From: a virus
Reading direction: 5' to 3' (one strand)
IMG/VR virus record: IMGVR_UViG_3300045988_153745
DNA length: 64,000 nucleotides
Of the stretch, positions 1-8,366 are shown one piece after another (the first letter of the stretch is position 1; each line of letters starts with the position of its first letter). Below the pieces are notes generated by a model. The model ran no database searches and was not told where the DNA came from. It saw nothing but the letters and a program-made list of their open reading frames with translations. The position numbers and the translations under genes are program-made.

Positions 1-84
1 ATCAGTTAACACTTCGGCAGAATATGTTAAAAATGAATCTTTACTTTCATCTAATATATCAACTTCTGTAATATAATTATTCAT
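1..84 (-). CDS. Partial CDS, N-terminus only (MNNYITEV...). The gene continues beyond the window start
   Basis: ATG at 84..82 is preceded by an AGGAAA ribosome-binding site. The open frame runs to the window edge, directly downstream of the topoisomerase gene. Confidence 0.45.
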   Translation of the reverse strand, partial: MNNYITEVDILDESKDSFLTYSAEVLTD

Positions 85-102
85 TATTTATTTCCTTTCT
101 TA

Positions 103-1998
103 TTAATCAAATTCAAAACCTAACTGTTTAGCATTTTCATATATAAACTGCTTTCTAGGCATTACTGCTTGACCTTCTAAGACATCTAATAATCTTTTTG
201 TTTCTTCGGCATCTGAAATTGTTATTCTCTTGAAACGCTGTTTTTCAAAACAGACCTTATGTAAGTCAGTTGCATTAAGCTCTCCTAAGCCCTTTGCTCT
301 AAGAACTTCATAGCTAGATGAAGAATGTGAAGCTCGATAATTTTCCATTTCTTCTTCAGTATAGAAATATAACTCTTCTTTCCCAGTTCTTATAATATAT
401 AAAGGAGTTACTGCCCTGTATAATTTACCACTTTCAACAAGAGGTTTCATATATGTGAAAAAGAAAGTGATAAGTAAAAGTTCAATGTCTGCACCATCGC
501 TATCGGCATCTGTTGTCATAACAATTTTATCAAAATTCATTTTACTCACATCAAAATCATTGCCGAAGCCTGCACCAATTACTTTAATAATATCAGACAT
601 CTCTTGGTTTGCCAATATCTTGTCAACAGAAGTTTTTAATGGGGAGATTATTTTTCCTCTTAGCATATAAATACAATCTGTTTTTGCATTTCTAGCTTCA
701 ACTGCAGAGCTACCTGCGGAAAGCCCCTCTACTAAAAGTAGATTTCTTTCTTCTGGTTTCTTACTAACGCAATCAATAAATTTACTACTTAATTGCATTT
801 TAGCTTTTAAGCCTTTTTCTTTTTTCTTTCCATTTCTAGCTATATCTCTAGCTTTCTTCGCGGCTTCTCTAGCTTTACGCGCATTTAACGCCTTATCCGC
901 TATTCCTTTAATATCTTTCTCATTTGCGGCAAGCCAGCTTTGTAAACTTTCAGATATCACGCTTGTAAAAGGAGTCATATCAATTTTTACAATTCTACTC
1001 TTGGTCTGTGCATCATAAGAAATATTAGGAGCTGTTATATTAAAGGCTATAAGTAATCCTTCTTGTATATCATCACCTGTTAAATTATCATCTTTTTCTT
1101 TTAACCAATTCTTTTCTCTAAAGAATTTATTCATCTCTCTTGTAATAATTGTCTTTATTTGTGTAATATGAGGACCAGCATCTGTCTCTCCCGTATTAAC
1201 ATATGATATAATATTAGAGCTATACTTATCTGTATAAGTTAATACTAAATCAAGTTTATTCTTTCCATTCTCATAGTTAATATTTAATCTATTCTTTAAT
1301 ATCTCACTATCTCCTGCAATATCATTGAGTAAATCATTTAATCCATTTTTAGAAAAATAAGAAATGCGGGCATCTGTTTCTTTTTCTATTAAATTAATTG
1401 TCAATCCAGGACATAAACAAGTTAATACATGAAATAATTTTTTAAGTCTTTCAGTATCTATAGCTGCGTTTGTAAAGAACTCTTCACTTGGTTGCCATGA
1501 TACTATTGTTCCGGTGTGATGATTTCCTTGGCTACCCAGAATTCTTTTCTTAAAAACTCCTTCAGTAAACTGGACCTCTTCCATTTTCCCGTCACGATAA
1601 GAAATTACTGTAAGCCAATGACTTAAATAATTTGTCAATTTACTACCTATACCATTTAAACCAAGTGCAGTTCCTTCATAAACACCATCATCAGAAAACT
1701 TACCAGATGTATTTAATACATCAAATGAAGCTTGTAAAACAGTCTCTCCATCATCTCTTAATGTATTAATAGGAAAGCCCTGACCAAAATCTTCTACTAT
1801 ACAGCTTCCATCTTTTGAATAAGTGACATTAATAATATCTCCATGTCCTGCTTTATGTTCGTCAATCGCGTTTGATACAATTTCTATCACGAGTTGAGTA
1901 GAATATTCTGTGCTACCGCAATATACACCTGGCCTAAGTCGGGTAAACTCAAGAGGTGTTTTACTTTGTATGGAATCCGCGTCATATAATTTACTCAT
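103..1998 (-). CDS. Type IIA DNA topoisomerase subunit with a GyrB/ParE-like ATPase and a toprim domain, comparable to T4 gp39
   Basis: 631-aa ORF. GLNGIGSK resembles the GHKL ATPase motif, LLVEGLSAGSS resembles the toprim EGDSAGGS motif, and MLRGKIIS resembles PLRGKILN. Confidence 0.8.
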   Translation of the reverse strand: MSKLYDADSIQSKTPLEFTRLRPGVYCGSTEYSTQLVIEIVSNAIDEHKAGHGDIINVTYSKDGSCIVEDFGQGFPINTLRDDGETVLQASFDVLNTSGKFSDDGVYEGTALGLNGIGSKLTNYLSHWLTVISYRDGKMEEVQFTEGVFKKRILGSQGNHHTGTIVSWQPSEEFFTNAAIDTERLKKLFHVLTCLCPGLTINLIEKETDARISYFSKNGLNDLLNDIAGDSEILKNRLNINYENGKNKLDLVLTYTDKYSSNIISYVNTGETDAGPHITQIKTIITREMNKFFREKNWLKEKDDNLTGDDIQEGLLIAFNITAPNISYDAQTKSRIVKIDMTPFTSVISESLQSWLAANEKDIKGIADKALNARKAREAAKKARDIARNGKKKEKGLKAKMQLSSKFIDCVSKKPEERNLLLVEGLSAGSSAVEARNAKTDCIYMLRGKIISPLKTSVDKILANQEMSDIIKVIGAGFGNDFDVSKMNFDKIVMTTDADSDGADIELLLITFFFTYMKPLVESGKLYRAVTPLYIIRTGKEELYFYTEEEMENYRASHSSSSYEVLRAKGLGELNATDLHKVCFEKQRFKRITISDAEETKRLLDVLEGQAVMPRKQFIYENAKQLGFEFD

Positions 1999-2002
1999 TT
2001 AA

Positions 2003-2230
2003 TTAATCCCTTTCTTCCTTTATAATATTTACAATGTCTATCCCATTAAAAGTAATAACTATTTTATTATTGGGAAAAGCTCGCTGATATTCTTTTAAAA
2101 AATTTGAAACTTCATGTATATCAAATATTTCTTGGTCAAACTTAAAAACAATAATATCTCCATCTGATATTGATAAAGTTGTACAAGAAATACCTTTTTC
2201 AAAAGAATCTACTATAAAACTATGTATCAT
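2003..2230 (-). CDS. Hypothetical small protein
   Basis: 75-aa ORF with the consensus promoter immediately upstream (2259..2287). Confidence 0.5.
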   Translation of the reverse strand: MIHSFIVDSFEKGISCTTLSISDGDIIVFKFDQEIFDIHEVSNFLKEYQRAFPNNKIVITFNGIDIVNIIKEERD

Positions 2231-2258
2231 TCTCTTCTCCTTTTCTTTCTATATTAAT

Positions 2259-2287
2259 ATTATATCATAATTTTTTTCTAATGTCAA
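2259..2287 (-). promoter_or_regulatory. Sigma-70-like promoter, TTGACA-17-TATAAT
   Basis: On the minus strand the sequence reads TTGACA ttagaaaaaaattatga TATAAT. This is one example of a motif repeated more than 30 times upstream of genes. Confidence 0.7.
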
Positions 2288-2402
2288 ACTTTCGGTTTAA
2301 TAAGCTAAATTGTAGTTAGCTGTAGTAAAGTTAAAATTAATTTTCTGAGTAAATCTTCGTTTTATGAGAAAAATTGATATATATAATAAAAGAGTAGGAA
2401 AA

Positions 2403-2822
2403 TTAATTCCTACTCTCACTCATTTTTTTATGAAGATATCCTCTTTTAACAATAGAAGTTTCCAGCTCTGTTATATCATTAGAAATTTCAGTTGCTAGCC
2501 TATTAACTTCTGCAATCTTTGCATTCATCTGCTTAAACATACACTTAGCTGTATCCGAAGTCTTATCGAAATTCTTATAAGACATTACTGTCTGAACAAA
2601 TTTTCTATTAGCTTCACATTCTGCCTTTAATCTCTGATATCTTTTCTTTTTAAGATTGATGCGTGCGCGGGCATGTGCGATTCCGCAGCCAACTAATTCA
2701 GAACCATATTCTCTGTCATCTTCATGTAGCCTTGCTTTTCCGTAACCAATATCTCCATGTTTTCCTCTTATAACAACCTTAGCCGCGCCTGTCTTTTCAT
2801 TATATTTAGTATTCATTATCAT
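2403..2822 (-). CDS. Hypothetical lysine-rich protein
   Basis: 139-aa ORF. Confidence 0.5.
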   Translation of the reverse strand: MIMNTKYNEKTGAAKVVIRGKHGDIGYGKARLHEDDREYGSELVGCGIAHARARINLKKKRYQRLKAECEANRKFVQTVMSYKNFDKTSDTAKCMFKQMNAKIAEVNRLATEISNDITELETSIVKRGYLHKKMSESRN

Positions 2823-2826
2823 ATAT

Positions 2827-3387
2827 TTATTCTCCTTTTACTTCTTTATATTTTAACTGGATATCTTCAATAATTGTATCAAAAGAAACTGGAGTGTTAT
2901 TATGACTATCCATTCCAACATGATACATGGTAGGAATATTATCATAAAAATTTTCCTTCTGATGAGTATGTCCATATAAGTTAATTACCTGTCTTTTTAG
3001 CGGAAGGTCATTATCTCCATTTGCAACTATTGTTGGATAATGACTTAAATAAAAATTATAGCCTTGAATTTTTATTATTGTTGCATAACCTCTAATGAAA
3101 ATATTTGGACATTCAGTATAAAGCTTCTGTCTTGTATTGGTATCATGGTTTCCAAATAATAAATGGATTTGTCCATTTAATTGTTTTAAGCACTCAATAC
3201 CATCATTATTATCTCCTAACATAGCATCACCAAGATGATAAACAATATCATCTGGCTGGATAATAGAATTCCAGTTTTTAATAATTGCAGCGTTCATTTC
3301 TTCTACTGTGTCAAAGCCGCGTTCTTTAAAAATAAATTCTTTATTATGCCCAAAATGAGTATCACTCGTGAAATATATCTTTCCCAT
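2827..3387 (-). CDS. Calcineurin-like metallophosphoesterase, a candidate polynucleotide 3'-phosphatase
   Basis: Motifs SDTHFGH, HLGDAMLGD and LFGNHD match the D-x-H / GDxxDRG / GNH(D/E) signature. The gene sits 4 nt downstream of the P-loop kinase gene. Confidence 0.75.
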   Translation of the reverse strand: MGKIYFTSDTHFGHNKEFIFKERGFDTVEEMNAAIIKNWNSIIQPDDIVYHLGDAMLGDNNDGIECLKQLNGQIHLLFGNHDTNTRQKLYTECPNIFIRGYATIIKIQGYNFYLSHYPTIVANGDNDLPLKRQVINLYGHTHQKENFYDNIPTMYHVGMDSHNNTPVSFDTIIEDIQLKYKEVKGE

Positions 3388-3390
3388 ATA

Positions 3391-4191
3391 TTAACTCCTT
3401 TTCTTTCTTCTATGTATTTCATATTTATCCTTTAATTCTATATTTGTCGCCTCTCCGCAATCTGTTGTTACTGTAGAAATAGGATAGATATTGTATATAT
3501 CCGCATAAGGGTAATTATCCTGAGCAGGGTCTGAGAAGGAATGTCTCATTTTAATAATGACTTCTTCTGGTACATAAGCCCTTGTTCCTTTTCTCAAATT
3601 ATTTCCATAAAGGGCAACTTCTTCACTAACACTTACAAAAAGTGGAACTATATTAACATCTTTTAAGAAATCTTTTCCAATAGAGTTAATTAATTTCATT
3701 CTTGAATTACTATTAAGGTGTGTTGCATCTGCAAAACAATAATTATTAAAAGCTATTTGGTATTTAATCTCATTAACGAATAATTGAAAAACTTCTTTTT
3801 CTTTTGAGAAGTATTCTTCATTTTCAGAAACTATACTAAAACGAATTAAATCTCTACTAGCAACATGCTTATCATAATTAATTTTATTAAGCTTACAAAA
3901 CATAGATAAGAAGCTTGATTTTCTTGAACCTGGACAGCCGCACATTAAAAATAAGTACTTTTCATTAGGCTTTATTTCTATATCTCCAATAATTTCTCCA
4001 TTCTTATCTCCATTTATAAAATATGGATATTCATTTTCTTCATTACATTCATTTAAAAATAATGAGAATGTATAGATACCTGGTTTATAATAGTGACCAT
4101 CTCCGCGATAACACTCTTTATATTTAGGACAAGATTCATTACCGCATCTTGTTATATCATTGTCAAAATAGGAAATTGCATTATTCATCAT
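3391..4191 (-). CDS. P-loop polynucleotide kinase-like protein with an N-terminal Cys-rich region
   Basis: The Walker A motif GCPGSRKSS is nearly identical to the T4 polynucleotide kinase motif GCPGSGKST. The adjacent phosphoesterase gene suggests a split Pnkp. Confidence 0.65.
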   Translation of the reverse strand: MMNNAISYFDNDITRCGNESCPKYKECYRGDGHYYKPGIYTFSLFLNECNEENEYPYFINGDKNGEIIGDIEIKPNEKYLFLMCGCPGSRKSSFLSMFCKLNKINYDKHVASRDLIRFSIVSENEEYFSKEKEVFQLFVNEIKYQIAFNNYCFADATHLNSNSRMKLINSIGKDFLKDVNIVPLFVSVSEEVALYGNNLRKGTRAYVPEEVIIKMRHSFSDPAQDNYPYADIYNIYPISTVTTDCGEATNIELKDKYEIHRRKKRS

Positions 4192-4493
4192 ATTTTACCC
4201 TCTTTATTTAACTTAGCTCTAAATTCTCCATAAGGAAGAATTCTATTTCCTTCTTCATCAAAGTTACCTTCATTAAACTCTAATAAGAAATCACTATAAT
4301 CATATTTAGTCCATGGTTTGCACTCTACATGATTATGCTCTTCTTTACAATTAAGACACCATAGTCTTTTTAAATGTCCAGCTTCTCTTTCCTGTCCTCT
4401 CTTGCGGGGAATATCAAAGCCTCTTTTACCACATTTTGTACAATAAAATTCACTTGGGTCTGCTAATTGCGTTCTTCTTGCCATATATAACAC
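4188..4493 (-). CDS. Small zinc-ribbon protein
   Basis: 101-aa ORF with CTKCGK...CLNCKEEH cysteine pairs. Confidence 0.5.
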   Translation of the reverse strand: MLYMARRTQLADPSEFYCTKCGKRGFDIPRKRGQEREAGHLKRLWCLNCKEEHNHVECKPWTKYDYSDFLLEFNEGNFDEEGNRILPYGEFRAKLNKEGKI

Positions 4494-4514
4494 TTCCTTT
4501 CTTTTTATATATAT

Positions 4515-4543
4515 ATTATAACATTTTTTTTAATAAAAATCAA
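4515..4543 (-). promoter_or_regulatory. Consensus promoter, TTGATT-17-TGTTATAAT
   Basis: Minus-strand reading: TTGATT tttattaaaaaaaatgt TATAAT, with an extended -10 TG. Confidence 0.7.
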
Positions 4544-4587
4544 AAAAAAAATAAGGCGTACTACTAATACAGTAATACGCCTTATAA

Positions 4588-5805
4588 TTATAAATTTTCT
4601 GCAATTTTTGCAATTTTACTTCTATAAATATTTTTAAGAGTAACTTCACTATAAAAATCTTGTCCTCTAAATACTTTAGACACTCTGCGGAGACCATTAT
4701 GCTCGCCCGCATACATATCTAAATCAACTTGAGCATTGTCATCTCCATCAAGAATTACTTGACAATCATCACCTACTCTTTGAAGTGCAAGTTTCATTAA
4801 GTCTGAATCCATATTTTGTGCTTCTGTGATATAAATAATAGAATTAGAACCTGAAGTATCATATCCTCTGATATCAGCTAAAGGTAAAAGAATAAGTTGT
4901 TCATGTAATATCATGTCATTTACAATATCTTCTCCAAGCTTTGCCTTTAAGAAGTTTCCTATTTGACTATCTAAAAGTTTCTCTGTTCTAGTTCCAGGAT
5001 AAAAACCTAATTTAGCTGCGCCTCTAGCTGCGACTGTGTTACAAAAAATTATTATTTTTTCTTTTTTACCTGTTTCTAATTGGTTCATCATATGAGCAAA
5101 AGCAAGATAAGATTTTCCACTTCCCGCAGGACCTCTCAAAACAACCATTTGGTCATGCACTAAAGAATCTAATGCAAGTAACTGATATGCATCATTATTG
5201 TAAGGACTTATCTTACCGAAGAATTTAGAGTCAATCTTAGGATATACAACTTTTTTATAGCCTTCTTCTGTCCATTTATACTTATCAACAATACAGCTAT
5301 TATTAATTACAATCAAATATTCATTAATTAATAGACCATATTTATTATTTTTAGAATTAACTTCACTAGAATAGAAAATTGCTAATTCTTCATCATCTAA
5401 ATTTATAATCTTATAGCCAGTATAATCATCTTCTTCAATATCTGGATTAATTGTATTTAAACCTGCGGCCGCCGCCAATCTTCTACATGCAACATCTTTT
5501 GTTACAAATAAAGTTTCATCATTTTCTTTCTGTAAACTAAGTGCTGCATTAATAATATCATTATCATTGTTTGTAGCATTCGCCCCAGTTTTAACAACTT
5601 CATATTGACTACTCTTATTATCTAATAAATGAAGTAATTTTCTGGCTTTATATTTAATTTCATTATCTTTTGATGCAGAGGTTTTTATATTTTCTAATTC
5701 TACGAGTGTAACATCCGCAATATAGAAAAAATCTTCAAAAGCTTTTTCTTGTAATTCTAACAAAGCACAAGTATCATAAAATTTATTCATCTTCGTCCTC
5801 CTCAT
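4588..5805 (-). CDS. phoH: PhoH-like ATPase with an N-terminal PIN domain (PhoH2/YlaK type)
   Basis: VVLRGPAGSGKSYLAF is a Walker A motif. The N-terminal FYDTCALLE block is PIN-like. Phage PhoH homologues are common. Confidence 0.8.
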   Translation of the reverse strand: MRRTKMNKFYDTCALLELQEKAFEDFFYIADVTLVELENIKTSASKDNEIKYKARKLLHLLDNKSSQYEVVKTGANATNNDNDIINAALSLQKENDETLFVTKDVACRRLAAAAGLNTINPDIEEDDYTGYKIINLDDEELAIFYSSEVNSKNNKYGLLINEYLIVINNSCIVDKYKWTEEGYKKVVYPKIDSKFFGKISPYNNDAYQLLALDSLVHDQMVVLRGPAGSGKSYLAFAHMMNQLETGKKEKIIIFCNTVAARGAAKLGFYPGTRTEKLLDSQIGNFLKAKLGEDIVNDMILHEQLILLPLADIRGYDTSGSNSIIYITEAQNMDSDLMKLALQRVGDDCQVILDGDDNAQVDLDMYAGEHNGLRRVSKVFRGQDFYSEVTLKNIYRSKIAKIAENL

Positions 5806-6010
5806 ATTCCTCTAAATCTTGAGAAGCTTGGAATCCAATAGCAACGCCATTGCTACAATCCTCTTCTTCAATATCTTTCTTTACATTATATGTCTCTTTT
5901 GCAATTAAGGTACATATATGTTGACTTAGCTGTTGTAAAATTGTAATTACGCAATCTACGATTGGAATAATCAAAAGAACAAACAGACTTCCTTTTATAA
6001 AATTTTTCAT
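5783..6010 (-). CDS. Hypothetical small acidic protein
   Basis: 75-aa ORF that overlaps the phoH start by a few codons. Confidence 0.4.
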   Translation of the reverse strand: MKNFIKGSLFVLLIIPIVDCVITILQQLSQHICTLIAKETYNVKKDIEEEDCSNGVAIGFQASQDLEEYEEDEDE

Positions 6011-6112
6011 TAGAAGCCCTCCCGGTTTATTTTATATATAATATGAAAAAAGAAATAAGAAGATTATATCTTTTTGACCAAATAAAGAAAGGTGCGGCAA
6101 TGCCGCACCTAT

Positions 6113-7372
6113 TTAATGATACTGTAATAAGAAGTTATTATCAACCGCTTTGAAAGATTTTCTTCCATCGAGTGAACGGAATACTAATCCTTCTCGCGGA
6201 AGCCCATCAACTTTTGAAGCCCCTCCCGCAAGAGCGAGAATACCATCACAAGTAGCTGGTAATGTAACTCTTCCTACAATTGGAACGCACTCAAGACCAT
6301 ATTTAGTAAGTATTGATTTCATCTGCTCCGGATTAGCTCTCTCTGTTGTACCATCAGAAAAACCGAAGATTAAATTGAAACATGCAAGATAATGTTCTGA
6401 AGTAGAGTAATCTCTCTTCTGAATTTCTCCGCCATAAGTCTCGCCCTGAATAGTTATAAAAATAACATCATCACTAGACTCTTTTAAAAGGTCTTTTAAG
6501 ACATTTTCCATATTATATTTTTCAGCCATTTCTGTATAAACATTAGTCTCATAGAAGCACTGTTTATCTGGCTTATCAAAACAAACATTTCTTGAACATA
6601 CAAGAATGCCTTCTGTATCTTTAGATGAAAATAATCTCTTTTTAAGATTTTTTCTCATAGTAAAAGTTGTTGATGTACCGTCTATTTTCTCTGTAGCAAT
6701 CCACTCTTCCTGCGCAAACTCAGGTATTCTATCAACAAGATTCTGAATTCTTTCCTCGTCTGTCTTTACAACCCAAGCTGGCCACGCGCTTCTTACATCT
6801 CTTTTCTTTCCAAAGAATAAGAATAAAAGCTTTTTACCCCAATCTCTCCTCATTAACCAACGAATAGGTCTTTTCTTAAAGAGTTCTGGATTACGCTGTG
6901 CCATTCTCTTATATTTATCTGCAGATGGTGCTTTTCTCTTGTTATCTGCGGGGTCTGCGTATGTTACCTTTAATTCTTCTGTTAAAAAAGTTCCAACTGG
7001 ATAGGAAACATTCTTTTCTTTATTGTGAATATACTGCTGTCCATCTCCATCCTGATAATAAAACCAGCCAAAGTCAGTTGGATGCATAAGTAAGCCCTGT
7101 GAAATGAAATTTCCTTTTCCTCCAAAAGTATATCTCTGTGACTTAACTTTATAATGCTTTGCTGCAAGAAAAGCAAAAGTATCAGAAGCAGGCACTTGTG
7201 AATCAATCTCAAAGTAAATAGCTAAGTCGCCTACTTTAAAAACATTCTTACGAACCATAACTTTCCATCCGCCAACAACAGCTGCCTCACAATTATCTGA
7301 ACCCGTGATAGGTTCAATTCCATCAATTTTAACTATATAAGCTAATTCCCTAACTCCCTGTTTATTAAGCAT
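6113..7372 (-). CDS. ATP-dependent RNA ligase, nucleotidyltransferase superfamily, with an N-terminal OB-like domain
   Basis: Motif I IATEKIDGTS (KxDG), motif IV REGLVFRS (EGxV) and motif V KSFKAV are all present, which fits the Rnl (DraRnl/NgrRnl-like) architecture. Confidence 0.7.
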   Translation of the reverse strand: MLNKQGVRELAYIVKIDGIEPITGSDNCEAAVVGGWKVMVRKNVFKVGDLAIYFEIDSQVPASDTFAFLAAKHYKVKSQRYTFGGKGNFISQGLLMHPTDFGWFYYQDGDGQQYIHNKEKNVSYPVGTFLTEELKVTYADPADNKRKAPSADKYKRMAQRNPELFKKRPIRWLMRRDWGKKLLFLFFGKKRDVRSAWPAWVVKTDEERIQNLVDRIPEFAQEEWIATEKIDGTSTTFTMRKNLKKRLFSSKDTEGILVCSRNVCFDKPDKQCFYETNVYTEMAEKYNMENVLKDLLKESSDDVIFITIQGETYGGEIQKRDYSTSEHYLACFNLIFGFSDGTTERANPEQMKSILTKYGLECVPIVGRVTLPATCDGILALAGGASKVDGLPREGLVFRSLDGRKSFKAVDNNFLLQYH

Positions 7373-7393
7373 ATATTTTATCTCCTTCCTAAA

Positions 7394-7639
7394 TTAAGAT
7401 TCTATGATATAAGTTATACCAGTTGCATAATCAGTATTATATTTCTTTTCATATAAGAAATCATATACCTCGCTCCAGATTTCTGAATGAGAAGGTAAAC
7501 GATTCATTTTACTAAAACTCATTATAAAATCTGTTAATTCTGCATCTCCGCGATGCTGTTCTAAAAACTTATTTGCTTCATATTTTTCTAAAGCAAAATT
7601 GTTATTTTTCATCTTATAAAGCCTCCCATTTAATTCCAT
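7394..7639 (-). CDS. Hypothetical protein
   Basis: 81-aa ORF. Confidence 0.4.
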   Translation of the reverse strand: MELNGRLYKMKNNNFALEKYEANKFLEQHRGDAELTDFIMSFSKMNRLPSHSEIWSEVYDFLYEKKYNTDYATGITYIIES

Positions 7640-8282
7640 GATATTTTCTATTCATAACAACAGCTCCTCTAATTCTTCTTGCTATTGTTTCCTGTGATAG
7701 ATTATGAATATCTTTATATTTATCATCTTTTAACATTGCTTCTGCAGCAGTCATACATGAAGCATATTTCTGTGGTAAACCTAATACACAATTTGTATTA
7801 TCTTTAATTGCTGTATTATAGATATCAAAATTTTCTATTGCCTTTGTAATAGCTCTTTGCTTGTCTCTTTTAATAATATCTTGCGCACTTATCTTTTTTA
7901 CTTTATCCTTTTTCTTTTTATCTTTCTTATCTTTTTTAACAAGGTCTTCTACAGCTCTTCTTAAATTTTCTTCTTCAGTAACCCATTCAAGATTTTCTAA
8001 AGAATTATCTCTTTTATTATGATTAAGATGGTCTACTGTAAGCTCCTCTGCATTGGGAATAGGTCTCCATGTGAGCATAACTAATCTATGAACGCTCTTA
8101 TATCTGCAACATTCAGTATGAACTCTGCAATATCCATTACCATCTATATGTACTGGTAAATCCTGCTTATGCTCATTTTTAATATGTCCTAAATTAGAAA
8201 CATAAACTCTGTAATCCGAATTCCACTTCCATCTTTCAATTTTAAATAAAAATCTTGGTAAAATAATTTTCATATATAACAC
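7614..8282 (-). CDS. HNH homing endonuclease
   Basis: VDHLNHNKRDNSLENLEW is an HNH motif. The C-terminus is basic and lysine-rich. Confidence 0.75.
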   Translation of the reverse strand: MLYMKIILPRFLFKIERWKWNSDYRVYVSNLGHIKNEHKQDLPVHIDGNGYCRVHTECCRYKSVHRLVMLTWRPIPNAEELTVDHLNHNKRDNSLENLEWVTEEENLRRAVEDLVKKDKKDKKKKDKVKKISAQDIIKRDKQRAITKAIENFDIYNTAIKDNTNCVLGLPQKYASCMTAAEAMLKDDKYKDIHNLSQETIARRIRGAVVMNRKYHGIKWEAL

Positions 8283-8331
8283 TTCCTTTCTTTTATATAT
8301 ATATTATAATATATTTTTTAATAAAAATAAA

Positions 8332-8352
8332 GGGCGAGTATTTAACTCGCCC
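8332..8352 (-). terminator. Intrinsic terminator downstream of the MVP-like gene
   Basis: GGGCGAGT-loop-ACTCGCCC hairpin followed by a T-tract on the minus strand. The same hairpin recurs at 19909..19929. Confidence 0.6.
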
Positions 8353-8366
8353 AATATTTATATGTC

